From the NCBI GenBank assembly GCA_963826525.1, contig CAWGXH010000003.1, forward strand, positions 544,001-608,000: a stretch of DNA of 64,000 nt. Direction: 5' to 3'. Below the pieces are notes generated by a model. The model had not been told where the DNA came from. It saw nothing but the letters and a program-made list of their open reading frames with translations, and searched no databases. This DNA comes from an uncultured Methanomicrobiaceae archaeon. GTDB taxonomy: Archaea; Halobacteriota; Methanomicrobia; Methanomicrobiales; Methanoculleaceae. Positions 28,766-41,008 of the stretch are shown one piece after another; positions within the stretch are counted from its first letter, which is position 1, and each line of letters starts with the position of its first letter. A program made the translations under genes and the position numbers.

Positions 28766-31330
28766 ATGAAGGAGGATGAGGAATCCCCGGAGTTCCACGC
28801 AATTCCTATCGAAACCCTGCTCGCAGATCTCAAAACGTCGGCCGGCGGGCTCACGTCGGAGGATGCACGGCAGCGGCACGAGGTCTACGGCTACAACGAC
28901 ATCTCCCGGATCGAGCGGCAGCCGATTGTTATCCAGTACCTCGCACACTTCAAAAACCTCCTCGTGGTGATCCTCCTCATCGCCGCACTCGTCTCCGCCT
29001 TCGTCGGGCAGATCATGAGCGCGGCTATTATCGGGGTCATCATCGTCGCGAGCGTCACGCTGGATTTCTTCCAGCAGTACAAAGCGGAAAACGCCGCAGA
29101 CCTGCTCAGGCAGAAGATTTCGACCCTGGCAACGGTCACGAGAGACGGAAAACGGCAGGACGTCCGGATCTCCGAGCTGGTACCGGGGGATATCATCTCC
29201 CTCAGCGCGGGCGACATCGTGCCTGCGGATGCCCGGGTGCTCGAAGCCCGGGATCTGTTTGTGAACCAGTCCGTGCTGACCGGCGAGCCGTATCCCGTTG
29301 AAAAGGCTGCCGTACCGGAAGGGACCGAAGCGCCGGTTATCGAAGCTGCTGATTACATCTTTCTGGGCACGTCGGTCGTCAGCGGGACCGCCGCTGCGGT
29401 TGTCACCAGGATCGGTTCCGGAACCGAGTTCGGCAGGATTGCCCGGACCCTGGTTCAGCGTCCGCCCGAAACGGAGTTCGAACGGGGTCTGAAGCAGTTC
29501 AGCTACCTGATGACGCGGTTTGTGTTCTTTCTCGTGATCTTCGTCTTCTTTATCAACGCGCTCTTCAAACACAACGTCCTCGAAGCGCTTCTGTTTTCCA
29601 TCGCCCTTGCCGTGGGCATGACCCCGGAACTCCTCCCGATGATCCTCTCGCTGAACCTCTCTCAGGGCTCGATCGCGATGTCGAAGAAAGGAGCGATCGT
29701 CAAGCATCCGGAATCGATCCAGAACATCGGGAGTATGGACGTGCTCTGCACCGATAAGACCGGAACCCTCACCGAAAACACGATTGCGCTCGTCAAGCAT
29801 CTCGATCTCGAAGGGAACGACAGCGAAAAGGTCCTGGTGTATTCGTACCTGAACAGCGCCTTCCAGACCGGGCTCAAAAGCCCTCTCGACGAAGCAATCA
29901 TCAGGTACCGGCAGGTCGAGATCGCAGGCTACCGTAAAATCGACGAGATTCCCTTCGATTTTATCCGGAAACGATTGTCGATCGCCGTGACGGACGAATC
30001 CCGGACGATGCTCATAGCCAAGGGTGCGCCCGAGGAGATTCTTCAGGTCTGTTCGTCGGCCGAGCAGCACGGCGGCAGAACCGAGCCGCTGGACGACGAT
30101 GCGCGAGAGCGGGTAAACCGCCTGTACCATGCGCTCAGTGCGGACGGGTTCCGGACCCTCGCCGTCGGGTACCGTCCTCTTCCGAAGGAGGTCGCCGCCG
30201 TCTCCGTCGGCGACGAAACCGATATGGTCCTCCTCGGACTCATCGCTTTCATCGATCCGCCCAAGGAAAGTGCCCGCGAGTCCGTTCAGATGCTGATAGC
30301 GGCCGGAATCGAACCGAAGATCCTCACCGGGGACAACGAACTCGTAACCCGAAAGATCTGCGAATATATCGGGCTCGACGTGAAAGGCGTTCTCACGGGC
30401 GGCGGGATCGCTCACATGGATGACGAGGCTCTGGCACGGGTGGTGGAAGATGCGACCATCTTCGCCCGTACAAATCCCATCCAGAAAGACCGGGTAATGA
30501 ACGCTCTTCGGAGGAACGGCCATGTCGTCGGTTTCATCGGCGACGGGATCAACGACGCTCCGTCCATCCGATCGGCGGACGTCGGCATCTCGGTCGATAC
30601 CGCCGTCGATATCGCCAAAGAGTCGGCGGATATCATCCTGCTCGAACAGGACCTGCGCGTGCTCCACGACGGCGTGCTGGAGGGCAGGAAGACCTTCGGG
30701 AATACGACGAAGTACATCCTGATGGGAACCAGCTCGAACTTCGGCAACATGTTCAGTGTTGCCGGAGCATCGCTGTTTCTCCCGTTTCTCCCCATGCTGC
30801 CGATCCAGATCCTGCTCAACAACCTTCTCTACTCATCATCGCAGTTTGCAATCCCCACCGACAATGTCGACGCCGAGTACATCGCGACGCCAAAGACGTG
30901 GAATATGCGGTTCATTCAAAAATTTATCCTGGTATTCGGCCCTATCAGTTCGGTCTTCGATTTCATCACGTTCTTCATCCTCCTCTACCTCTTCAATGCC
31001 GACGCATCGCTCTTTCAGACCGCATGGTTCATCGAATCGATCTGCACCCAGACACTCGTCGTATTCGTGATCCGAACGAGGATAACGCCATTCTATGCAA
31101 GCAGACCCAGCCGTCTCCTGCTGGGGAGCATGGCGCTGATCGTCGTCGTCGCCTGTATCCTCCCCTTCACCGTCATCGGAAGCATCTTCGGGTTTGTCCA
31201 TCCGCCGATCTCGTTCTTCGCCGTCCTGGCCGGGCTCGTCGTCGGATACCTTATCGTTACGGACGTTGCGAAACGGTGGTTCTACCGGCGGTATACGCAC
31301 CTCTTCGAAAAAGGCGTATCACGGCGCTGA
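28766..31330 (+). CDS. mgtA: Mg2+-translocating P-type ATPase
   Basis: LTGEP, AVGMTPELLP, MDVLCTDKTGTLT, TGDN, GDGIND and SSNFGNMFSV. Confidence 0.92.
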   Translation: MKEDEESPEFHAIPIETLLADLKTSAGGLTSEDARQRHEVYGYNDISRIERQPIVIQYLAHFKNLLVVILLIAALVSAFVGQIMSAAIIGVIIVASVTLDFFQQYKAENAADLLRQKISTLATVTRDGKRQDVRISELVPGDIISLSAGDIVPADARVLEARDLFVNQSVLTGEPYPVEKAAVPEGTEAPVIEAADYIFLGTSVVSGTAAAVVTRIGSGTEFGRIARTLVQRPPETEFERGLKQFSYLMTRFVFFLVIFVFFINALFKHNVLEALLFSIALAVGMTPELLPMILSLNLSQGSIAMSKKGAIVKHPESIQNIGSMDVLCTDKTGTLTENTIALVKHLDLEGNDSEKVLVYSYLNSAFQTGLKSPLDEAIIRYRQVEIAGYRKIDEIPFDFIRKRLSIAVTDESRTMLIAKGAPEEILQVCSSAEQHGGRTEPLDDDARERVNRLYHALSADGFRTLAVGYRPLPKEVAAVSVGDETDMVLLGLIAFIDPPKESARESVQMLIAAGIEPKILTGDNELVTRKICEYIGLDVKGVLTGGGIAHMDDEALARVVEDATIFARTNPIQKDRVMNALRRNGHVVGFIGDGINDAPSIRSADVGISVDTAVDIAKESADIILLEQDLRVLHDGVLEGRKTFGNTTKYILMGTSSNFGNMFSVAGASLFLPFLPMLPIQILLNNLLYSSSQFAIPTDNVDAEYIATPKTWNMRFIQKFILVFGPISSVFDFITFFILLYLFNADASLFQTAWFIESICTQTLVVFVIRTRITPFYASRPSRLLLGSMALIVVVACILPFTVIGSIFGFVHPPISFFAVLAGLVVGYLIVTDVAKRWFYRRYTHLFEKGVSRR

Positions 31331-31506
31331 ACGACGGCAGGAACTGCCGTGCTGCACAATCCCCCAGGGATTCCCCACGGTTTTTCCTGCGGCGCAGCAA
31401 CCAGCATATTGCAGCAGTTTATTTTTGCGGTCGGCCGACCAGGATCGTCCAACACGGCAGTGCACCCACAATGCATATATACCAGGATAGCAGTCCATTC
31501 GTCCAT

Positions 31507-33815
31507 ATGTATAAAAGTATGCATATACTGGTCTGTCTTATTCTTCTGGCATTTCTGCTCCCGGTGGGAGTACTTGCCCAGACCAATGAGACAGGGGGGA
31601 ATGCAGACTGTTCCTCCCGAAGTTGTACAGTATGCCCAGGACTGGCCCCTGCCGAACCATGACTACAACAACTCGCGGGCCACCCTGGATTCGAACATCT
31701 CTTCGGCAACGGTTAAGGACCTTGGTGTATCGTGGGTCCACACCGTCCCCAGCGGCGCCAGCACCTTCGGGTCAATCTCCTGCACGCCGATCATCATGGG
31801 CGATACCGTCTACATGACCGACCTCGGGAACAACTTCCTGGCTCTGAACCGGACCACTGGCGACCTGCAGTGGCAGACCGTTGAGAACCTGGCCAACCTG
31901 GGTCCGAACGGCCCCTCCGTCGGTTACGGCAAGGTCTTCGGAAGCGCCTCCCCCTACGAGGTGGTGGCACTGGATCAGCAGACCGGCAAGGAGCTGTGGC
32001 GAACCGATCTGGCGAACCTGAGCGGCGATAACCCCGGCATCATCGGCATCGACATGCAGGGTACAGCTCTATGACGGTCTCTACTACATCTCCACCGTGC
32101 CCGGCAACGCCGGTGTCTTCTACGCCGGCGGAGCCGAAGGCGTCATCTTCGCCCTGAACCAGAGCACGGGCGAAGTGGTCTGGAACTTCTCGACCCTGAA
32201 TACTACCGATTACTGGGGCAACGCTTCGATCAATAGCGGAGGCGGGTGCTGGTTCCCGCCGGGCATCGACACCGCGACCGGCCTCGCCTTCTTCGGGATC
32301 GCCAACCCCGCACCCTTCCCCGGCCAGCCGAAGGGACCCGGCATTTCCCAGGACTATCCCAACGGGATCAGCCGGCCCGGGCCGAACCTCTACACGAACA
32401 GCATGATGGCCCTGGATTCCGCGAACGGCACGATGGCATGGTACAATCAGGTCTTGCCGCACGATATCTCCGACTACGATCTCCAGCAGGCGCCGATCCT
32501 GACCACCGCCACGATCAACGGCTCGGACCAGGCGATCGTCCTGGGCGCCGGCAAGATGGGGCGGGTCTACGCCTTCAACAGGACGGACGGCACCCTCCTC
32601 TGGGAAACAGCCGTCGGTGAGCACCAGAACGACACCTTAAAGGCCTTCCCGCTGAACGGGACCATTACCGTGATCCCCGGCGTCCTGGGCGGCGTGGAGT
32701 CCCCAATGGCCTATGCCGACGGCGTGGTCTACGCGGCTGCCAACAACCTGGCGGTCGACATGACCAACGGGCTGACTTTCACGCTCCATCCCCTCGCTGA
32801 AGCCACCGGCGACTTTGTGGCCATCGATGTGACTAATGGCAGCATCCTCTGGGATGCGAAGCTTGACTCCGGCCTCTTCGGCGGCGCCACCGTGGTGAAC
32901 GACCTGGTCTTCACCGGCACCTTCGACGGCACGCTCTACGCCTTCAACCGGACGACCGGCGAGGAGGTCTGGACCTACACCGCCCCCGCAGCAGTGAACG
33001 CCTGGCCGGCGGTCACCGGCGATACCGTCGTCTGGCCGATCGCCGGGCCGGGAGGACCGACGTCGATCCTCGGGTTTGCGCTCGGAGCGACCGAGCCGAC
33101 TGTCACCATCATCAGTCCCGATGATAACGCATCGCTGCCGGCAGGAGCGATCACCGTGGATACAGTGGTGACCAACTTCAACGTGAGCGACCCGTCCGGC
33201 CAGGCGAACGCCACCGGTGCCGGGCATCTCGTCTACTACCTCGATATCACACCGCCCACCACCCCGGGCCAGTCGGCCATTCCATCCAACGGCACCACCT
33301 GGACGGCGACCAACGCCACCACGTATACGTTCGCCAACGTGACGTCCGGGACGCATACCCTCGCGGTCCAGCTGGTGACCGGTGACAATGCCACCCTGAG
33401 CACGCCGGCGGTGGAGACCGTCACCTTCAGCACGGACACCAACCCGCGGATCAACATCAGCCAGCCCACCAACGGGAAGATCGTCCGAACCGGCAACATC
33501 ACCGTCGACACCGAGGTGACCAACTTCAACCTGACCGACAAACTGGGTCAGCCGAACGTTCCCGGCGAGGGGCACATCCACTACTACATGGACTACCCGC
33601 CGCCGACAACACCGGGCGTCCCCGCTATTCCGCCTAACGGCACCGTCTGGGCCGCCACAGCGAACACCTCATATACCTTCACCGACGTCCCGGTGGGTAT
33701 CCACAACTTCTCTGTCGAACTGGTGAACAACGACCACACCCCGCTCGAACCTCCGGCGACCTCCAGCGTCCAGACGTTCGTGATCACCTACACGGGCGGC
33801 CTTGGAGGACAGTAG
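31507..33815 (+). CDS. Secreted PQQ-binding-like beta-propeller protein with two C-terminal Ig-like repeats (frameshifts near 31600 and 32060)
   Basis: Signal peptide, repeated A(L/F)(N/D)..TG...W units, HDISDYD and GKMGRVYAFNR; tandem GHL/GHIHYY repeats. Confidence 0.82.
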
Positions 33816-34146
33816 CGGGAACCTCAAACCCACCACAACCTCTCTTTTTCTTTCGCTATTGCAGGCACCGGCGCGGGGGTACGTGTGCTTTCCCGGTTCC
33901 GGGAAGGCTGACCGCAGGTTATGAACGGCTCTTCCGCCCATCAGGTCGTGAAACTTCGGCTGCTCTTGAAGAACCGTTACACTCCGCTTACCTGGAGGGC
34001 AAGCATCGCACTAGGAAGTCCTCCGGGGGATATCGGGGGTGCCATAGCGGCGGGGGGGTCGGCGGCCCCTACTACCCCCTCTCCTTTGTTCGGGAACAGG
34101 CGCGGACACGAGTTGAGGAGGGAGGCGAAGAGGTCCCGCCCGCCCT

Positions 34147-35685
34147 CTAGAACTCGGGAATGAGGTAGTTCTTCGTGTCGGCCGCGTAATCCCTCGGGGC
34201 ATTTCCATCCCGCAGCGTCCCGGCGAACTTCTCGGTGTTCCCGATAAGCCTGCCCGACGCATAGGAGCCCACCAGTTTGATCAGCGGATTTCCGGAGACG
34301 ATTGTGTCCTGCATTGTACGGGCAAGGCGGACGTCGTGTTCCATGCAGGTGCCGATCAGGCGCCAGTGGAGCGGCGTCATCTTCTCCACCGTGAACGACT
34401 TCTCGCGGGAGAGGCTGGACTCGCCCATGGCCACGAAGTTCATCGGCACGATGAAGACCAGCATATCTTTCAGGTCGTCGACGAGGTCAAGCGTCTGGAG
34501 CACGTCGTCTTCGGTCTCTCCGGGCAGCCCCGTCACCAGCGTGCAGGCGAGGACCCACTTGTGGTCGGAGAGGTGACCGATGCTCTCCATCACCAGTTCG
34601 CGCCATTGATCGGGCTTTGCCGGGAGTGTCTTTCCGTGCATATACTGCTCCATGAGCCTGGAGCTCGCCGTCTCAATCCCCGTCTGGGCTCCGATGAACT
34701 GCTGCCCGGGAAGGGTCATGAGGAACTCGGAGAGCTGGTCGACGGGCTCGGGGTGGTGGTATGCCGTGGCCAGGGCGATATGGCTGCATGCCACTTCCGT
34801 CACCCCGTCGACGGCGCCGACCCGGGTGAAGAGCTTCATGACCTTCTCGGGATCGGCTCTGATGGTTTTCGAGCCGTACCGGAGTACATCCTCGGAATGC
34901 AGCAATACCGCCGTGTTTCCGGCCTGGACGTTCACCTGCACGTCGCCGACAATCTGGTCGATGGGCTTGTGGAGGACCTTCAGCATGCCGGGCGTGCAGA
35001 ACGCACATCCCCGCCCGCAGCCGCGTGATATCTCGACGAGCCCGTGGATGCTCGGCCTCCGGATAGGGGGGATGCGCTCGAGGGGAACGTCCTCGCCCTG
35101 AATGATGCGGGGAACCTCCTCGCCGTTGATGATCGCCCTGCATGCCCTGGGCATCGAGATCTCGCCCATCCCCAGGTGCACGTGGTCGATGCCCAGCCGC
35201 TCCATGACTCCCGGGTCGGAGACCTGCCACGCGCCCTTGCCGCCGACGATCGTGGTAACCTTCTTCAGGGCGGGATTCCGCATCAGTTCCAGGAACTTCA
35301 GCCGGTTATAGGGAGGGCCGGTCCGCGCGATGTCCACGAACGTGGAGGTTGGCGGATTGATCCCGAGGAGGTCGTGACCGCCTATCGCTACGATCTTCGT
35401 CTCCCTGCCGACCATCCGCCGCAGATCCCGCGGATGGACGACCGCTACCTCGTCTTCGGTAAACCCGTCGGCGAGGAGGGCTGCTTCCAGCGTCCGCAAA
35501 CCCAGGTCGGCAAACACCGCTCTCCCCTGCTTCCGCGGGACAGGAGGGGCAAATGCCAGAAAGAAGAGCCAGTCGGGAAGAATGCCGCGGGGGGCACAGG
35601 TGGCGAACCCGAGGAACATGCCGCCCCGGTAGTTGCTCATCATCGTCTCATCGGCGGTAAGGATGATCGTCGGCGATCGCGTCAT
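34147..35685 (-). CDS. Radical SAM protein (B12-binding-domain class)
   Basis: EISRGCGRGCAFC, GIETAS and GLPGETEDD. Confidence 0.9.
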   Translation of the reverse strand: MTRSPTIILTADETMMSNYRGGMFLGFATCAPRGILPDWLFFLAFAPPVPRKQGRAVFADLGLRTLEAALLADGFTEDEVAVVHPRDLRRMVGRETKIVAIGGHDLLGINPPTSTFVDIARTGPPYNRLKFLELMRNPALKKVTTIVGGKGAWQVSDPGVMERLGIDHVHLGMGEISMPRACRAIINGEEVPRIIQGEDVPLERIPPIRRPSIHGLVEISRGCGRGCAFCTPGMLKVLHKPIDQIVGDVQVNVQAGNTAVLLHSEDVLRYGSKTIRADPEKVMKLFTRVGAVDGVTEVACSHIALATAYHHPEPVDQLSEFLMTLPGQQFIGAQTGIETASSRLMEQYMHGKTLPAKPDQWRELVMESIGHLSDHKWVLACTLVTGLPGETEDDVLQTLDLVDDLKDMLVFIVPMNFVAMGESSLSREKSFTVEKMTPLHWRLIGTCMEHDVRLARTMQDTIVSGNPLIKLVGSYASGRLIGNTEKFAGTLRDGNAPRDYAADTKNYLIPEF

Positions 35686-35840
35686 TCATTGCACCGGGCG
35701 GAATAATATGACGGGCACTTATTAACTTTTGCACCGGATAGATCCTCCGGTGCGCACTCGAAGATCCGGAGCCGGCTGGCCGAATCGCCGTCACCCGGAA
35801 GAGGGCGGTGCGATTGGAACGGCCCATGCAGCAGGAGATG

Positions 35841-36173
35841 CTACTCCTGCTCCAGGACTTCTTTGATCACCGCCGCATTGTTGTGCTCCTCATCCTTCGC
35901 CGCATACACGAGCGTCACCGGTCCCCTGCCCGCCCGTGTGCGGATCCTGCCGATCAGGTCGCTCTTCTCCCCGAGTTCCTCCCGGTACCGCTCCCGGAAC
36001 GCATCCCACCGCTCCGGGTCGTGGCCGAACCACTTCCGCAGGCCGTTGCTCGGGGCGATCTCCCTGCACCAGAAGTCGATCTTCGCCCGCTCTCGCGAGA
36101 CCCCGTGGGGCCAGAGCCGGTCGACGAGGATCCGGTAGCCGTCGTAGGCACGTTTGAGGTGGATCATTGCCAT
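35841..36173 (-). CDS. DUF488/YeaO family protein
   Basis: [31 protein letters not shown] and [14 protein letters not shown]. Confidence 0.88.
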   Translation of the reverse strand: MAMIHLKRAYDGYRILVDRLWPHGVSRERAKIDFWCREIAPSNGLRKWFGHDPERWDAFRERYREELGEKSDLIGRIRTRAGRGPVTLVYAAKDEEHNNAAVIKEVLEQE

Positions 36174-36291
36174 CCCTGCCGGTGTCGGGTCTCTGCACGG
36201 TGATACAAGATTTGGCCGCGCGGGAGCGAGACTTCGAAAAGAATCGTCGTTAACACTGGCTATAACTATGCGGTATGCCATACAGCAGACC

Positions 36292-37584
36292 ATGAACCGA
36301 AAACTGATCGGCATGCTGGTCCTGGCATCGTTCGTCGCACTCGGCAGTATCGCTGCCGGGTGCACCGATACGCCGGGCACGACGTCTGCAGACGCTGCTC
36401 CTCCTGCCGGGCAGGAGAACGGGTCGGCGGCGGACGGCATCGCCGGTGTCGCTATGGGAAACAGTCTGTTTGCCTGTGACCTCTACCGGCACCTCGCGAA
36501 CGATTCGGCATCAGAGAACCTCTTCTTCTCGCCGTACAGCATCTCGTCGGCTCTCGCGATCACCTACGAGGGCGCCCGCGGCACGACCGCCGACGAGATA
36601 GGGTCGGTGCTGCACCTCCCGGAGAACGATACCCTCCGGCGTGAGGGGTTTGCCGGGATCAACGCAGGGCTAAACAGCGGCGATGCGAATTATACCCTGC
36701 GGACGGCGAACGCACTCTGGGCGGAGGAGACGTATCCGTTCCTGCCGGAATACATTGATACGGCAGAGCGCTACTACGCCGCGAACGCGACGAACCTCGA
36801 CTTCGTGGGCGCTCCCGAGGAGTCGCGCCGGACGATCAACCGGTGGGTCGAGGAGCAGACCGAGGATAAGATCCGTGACCTGCTGCCGACCGGCTCGATC
36901 ACTCCGCTGACCCGGCTCGTCATCACGAACGCGATCTACTTCAAGGGAACGTGGGTCACACAGTTCGACGCGAATGAAACGACGGAGGATGATTTCGACG
37001 TTTCACAGAACGAGACTGTCCGCGTCCCGATGATGCAGCGGACCGACGAGGACGCCGTCTACCCGTATACGGAGACCGATACGCTCCAGGTGCTCGCAAT
37101 GCCGTATGCGCACGAGAGCGGACGAGAACTCTCGATGCTGGTCATCCTCCCGAAGGACGGGAACCTGACGGTCGCCGAAGAGGCTCTCGACGCGGAGAGG
37201 ATCTCAGGAATGCGCCTATCGCTGGCCTCGCAGCGTGTCGACGTCTACTTCCCGAAGTTCACCCTCGAGACGGAGTACAGCCTCCCGGAGACCCTCGCGG
37301 CGATGGGAATGCCGACGGCGTTTACCGGTGCGGCCGATCTCTCGGGGATGGACGGCACGAAGAACCTGTTCGTCAGCGATGTCGTCCATAAGGCGTTCGT
37401 CGACGTGAACGAGGAGGGCACCGAGGCCGCGGCGGCGACCGGGGTCGTCATCAGCCTGACCTCCGTCCGGGAAGACGCTACCCCCGTCTTTAAGGCCGAC
37501 CATCCGTTCGTCTTCCTCATTCAGGAGAACGAGACTGGAAACATTCTCTTCATGGGGCGGGTTATACGGCCGGTAACGGCCTGA
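36292..37584 (+). CDS. Serpin, predicted lipoprotein
   Basis: Lipobox-like IAAGC; [18 protein letters not shown], hinge [13 protein letters not shown] and [11 protein letters not shown]. Confidence 0.95.
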   Translation: MNRKLIGMLVLASFVALGSIAAGCTDTPGTTSADAAPPAGQENGSAADGIAGVAMGNSLFACDLYRHLANDSASENLFFSPYSISSALAITYEGARGTTADEIGSVLHLPENDTLRREGFAGINAGLNSGDANYTLRTANALWAEETYPFLPEYIDTAERYYAANATNLDFVGAPEESRRTINRWVEEQTEDKIRDLLPTGSITPLTRLVITNAIYFKGTWVTQFDANETTEDDFDVSQNETVRVPMMQRTDEDAVYPYTETDTLQVLAMPYAHESGRELSMLVILPKDGNLTVAEEALDAERISGMRLSLASQRVDVYFPKFTLETEYSLPETLAAMGMPTAFTGAADLSGMDGTKNLFVSDVVHKAFVDVNEEGTEAAAATGVVISLTSVREDATPVFKADHPFVFLIQENETGNILFMGRVIRPVTA

Positions 37585-37978
37585 TCGCCCCCTTCTCCTC
37601 CGGGCAGGCAGCCTGTCGGCGTCGCGATTCCTGCCGTGGGTGAACTGTACCGTGAAGCATTCCGTACCCGGAACCGATCCGAATGCCTGCGACCAGCACA
37701 GTCAGGTATATATACTCTCTCCTCTATCACGCCGCGGCGTGGGAACCTCGATGCCGTGGCCCCTCTCGCCCGACACCGCCTACAGGCAGCTCGTCCCTTT
37801 TCAGTACGGTCGACGAGCGATCTGCGCATCCGGCGCAGCGGAGCTCTCCGGGAAGCGGGCATTCACACTATTCATCTGTCTGCCAGGGACTGCACATGCG
37901 ATCGTGGTCGCATGCAGAGGGCTCTCCTTCCGGCGGAGAGACGGAAAACCGGCCAACAGTTGAGTGAAGGTGAAACGT

Positions 37979-39168
37979 ATGAAAACCGTATCTTTCAGCG
38001 CGATGACCGCCGCCATCATCGTCATCGCCGTTATCTGCGCGACGGGACTCGCTTCGGCACAACCGTTCCCGACGCAGGAGGTCGGACCTCAGCAAAACCA
38101 GACCCCGCAGAACGACTCGGCAGGTGCCGGGATGCAGGTATCGAGCGGCCCGGGGGATAAGTTGTACCCGGCGATATCCGGGAACGGTATCGTCTGGATG
38201 GACAACGAGTCATTCTCGGTGCAGCTCTACAACAGTTCCTCGGGGAACGCCTCGACCATATCCGATGCTGCGTCGGTACCTCTTCCCATGCCCTACCAGC
38301 TTGCCGTCGACGGAAATAAGGTCGTGTGGCCGGGAATAAGCCAACAGACGGGAGATATACACCTCTTCCTCTACGATGCCGCTTCGGGCAGGCTGCAGCA
38401 GGTGACGAATGAATCCGGTATGTACGCGTACCCGGGCGTGTCGGGAGAGTACGTCATCTGGACGAATCTTACGAACGGGTCGAGCGACGTATACCTCTAC
38501 AATAGTGCAAGCGGGAGCATCGAGCCCGTGGTCACCGATCCGTATCTGCAGCTCTGGACCGACATCGGTGGAAACACGATGGCCTGGGCGGATAACGAGA
38601 CCGAGGGCGGGGATACCGATATCGCAATAGCATTCCTCGATCAGCCGGAGATAAGTCTCTGGGGCAGTTCGGGTGACGACCTCGTTCCCGACGTCTCGAG
38701 CGACGGTGAGCGTGTCGCCTGGATAAGCGTCTTCGATAACCGGACCGCCGTCTACCTCTATGACGTGGCGACGGACAACGCAACCCGAATAACCGGAGTA
38801 TCCGCACTCCCTGATGCCGTTGCGGTCGATGGGAACCTCGTGGTCTACTCGGATTGGCGGAACGGAAACTCCGACATCTATGCGTACGATTCAGTACCGG
38901 AACGGAGACGCCGGTCACCCGGGATGCGTACGACCAGGCCTACCCGGACGTCTCCAATGGCGAGATTGTCTGGATGGGCAACAACACCGGGCAGTGGGAG
39001 ATCTACCGCACCTCCGTCGGCGGCGGCCAGCAGGCACCGCAGGGGCAGAATCAGAGCGGGACGCCCGGTACGACCCCGTCGCCGACGGCGACATTCCCGG
39101 GCCCCACCCTTCCCAAACCGCTCCCGACCGGGACGATGCCGGGCAATGCCTCTCAGACGGGGGGATGA
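37979..39168 (+). CDS. Secreted beta-propeller repeat protein (frameshift near 38895)
   Basis: Signal peptide; PAISGNGIVW and DWRNGNSDIYAYD repeats; Pro/Thr-rich tail in the second frame. Confidence 0.82.
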
Positions 39169-39203
39169 ACCGGTAACCGGACGTATCCCGGGGGAGTCTG
39201 TCT

Positions 39204-40350
39204 ATGCGGGAGATGGGGTATCGAGCCTGTAAAGCGCTGTCCGTGAGTATCCTCGTCCTGCTGGTACTTGCCGCACCCGCGAGCGGCGTTGCCGGCACCG
39301 GGGAGCCGGAGCCCGTGGCGGTTGCCGCTAACGTAACCTACCTGGCGGCATGCCCGCTTGCGTTCTACAACACCCTCGTCAGCAGAGAGTGCCCCATGAT
39401 CACGTTCAATCTCTCGAACAACGGGAGTACTCCCCGGAACGTACGGGTCTTTTCGGAGTACCAGGGACTCAGTTACCAATCCGTCAACACCGGCACCGTC
39501 GATCCGGGTTCTTACGCGCTCGTCAACCAGACCCCGTCGCTGATCCGGAGCGCAGCGCACAATGTCTCGACCATTACGACGACGAGCCTCCACTACGGCG
39601 TCGAGGTCTCCGACACAAGTGGGTGGCGACTGCTCGAGGAGCAGACGGTGCCGGTCGACGTCTTCCCTGAAGATATCATGATCTGGGAGGCGATGGACTC
39701 CGAAGGCAACCGCATTCCCCTGTACGAGTTTATCGGCGTCTTTGTGACGCCAAACACCCCGGCCGTCCGCGAACTGCTCTCCACGGCAGGACGCTACGCC
39801 GACCCGGCGTACCGACCCCCGGTATGGCACCTACCTGCCGGAACACTCGCTCGAAGGCTACCAGTACCCGGGCGGCTCGGCCGAGGAGTACCGGAACTAC
39901 ACGGCGCTCCAGGTGAAGGCCGTCTATAATGCGCTGAAGTACGGCTACAACATCTCGTATGTCAGCACCGCAACCGCCGTCGGAGGGCCTGACGGGTACT
40001 ACCTCCAGCGGATAAATCCGCCCGACGAATCGATACACCTCGAGACGGCAAACTGCGCCGACGGGGCAGTCCTCATCGCCTCGGCGCTCGAGGCCATCGG
40101 CATCAGGCCCTATATCGTCACTTTTCCGGATCACGTCTTCGTGGCATGGAGCACCGACGACAGCGGGACGTATATCGATGCTCTCGAGACGACCCTGATC
40201 GGAACCGCTGAGTTTGAGGATGCGTACACGGTAGGAAATCAGGAGCTCCGGGAGAACTGGGAAGCGATCAACAACACCGCATTTGAGGACGGCTATCTCA
40301 TCGTCGATATAGGGGAGGTGCGGGAGCTCGGAGTCCTGCCGCTCCGGTAA
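39204..40350 (+). CDS. Secreted protein with a transglutaminase-like domain (frameshift near 39830)
   Basis: Signal peptide; ANCADGAVLIASALEAIG, PDHVFVAW and LETT (Cys-His-Glu arrangement). Confidence 0.78.
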
Positions 40351-40439
40351 GCCCGAAGATGCTGCCCGCACCGGTGCCGGTGATACGGATCTTGTATCGA
40401 GCAGATCCCGGACGTATCGGGAACGTCGTCGCAGAAGAC

Positions 40440-40663
40440 CAATCCCGACCCGGATGATCTCCGAGGAGCATGGTCCCTCCCTGCAGCAATGCATGCCGAT
40501 GATCTTCTCCCGGAGATCCTCGCGACTGACCGATCGGGAGTCCCGGATGAGGTCTCTCCATACGCAGAATGCTCATCAAGCGGTATCCGGAGGTCGAATC
40601 TGCGTGAAGGGGCATCCCGGGCAGGGCGCGGCGTTCAGGATCACGCGGCAGCGGGGCGCCTGA
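40440..40663 (+). pseudogene. Heavily decayed histidine-kinase ATPase relic
   Basis: Fragments ADDLLPEI and GGRICV..GHPGQGAAFR match the kinases elsewhere in this window. Confidence 0.55.
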
Positions 40664-40711
40664 TAGTGAACCGGCATTCTCCCTCCGGGAGTTCCTGTTT
40701 TTTACTCATTT

Positions 40712-40766
40712 CCGGCAATATCGGCTCAGTACTTCAAAACTGTTTTATTACTGGCAGTATTGCCGG
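40712..40766. repeat. Nested imperfect inverted repeat
   Basis: CCGGCAATA..CAGTA..AAAAC-T-GTTTT..TACTG..TATTGCCGG. Confidence 0.7.
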
Positions 40767-41008
40767 TACCGGGGAGATACTCAGGTATTTTGCGGGATGA
40801 ACCTGTCTTATCGGTGATTCATTTCTGGGGCTTATTTATGGAATTACGCCTTATAATTGTCGTATATTCCGATTTATGCTCATAAACGTCAGTAAATCAG
40901 AATGGAAAAGGATATGTACGAAAAAGAATTTAGAATAATAATATTCATATTCCCGGAATGTCCACGCATTCATAAGAACTTTTGAAATTTCAGATGAGGT
41001 GGCATTTA

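Noticed and set aside
25944-30667. Long ORFs antisense to MFS copy 2 (569 aa) and mgtA (661 aa)
   Set aside because: Opposite-strand open frames produced by codon bias.
35841-36173. Apparent short in-frame deletion in DUF488 (KRAY directly followed by DGYRILVDR)
   Set aside because: Relies on a recalled consensus; minor and not interpretable without an alignment.
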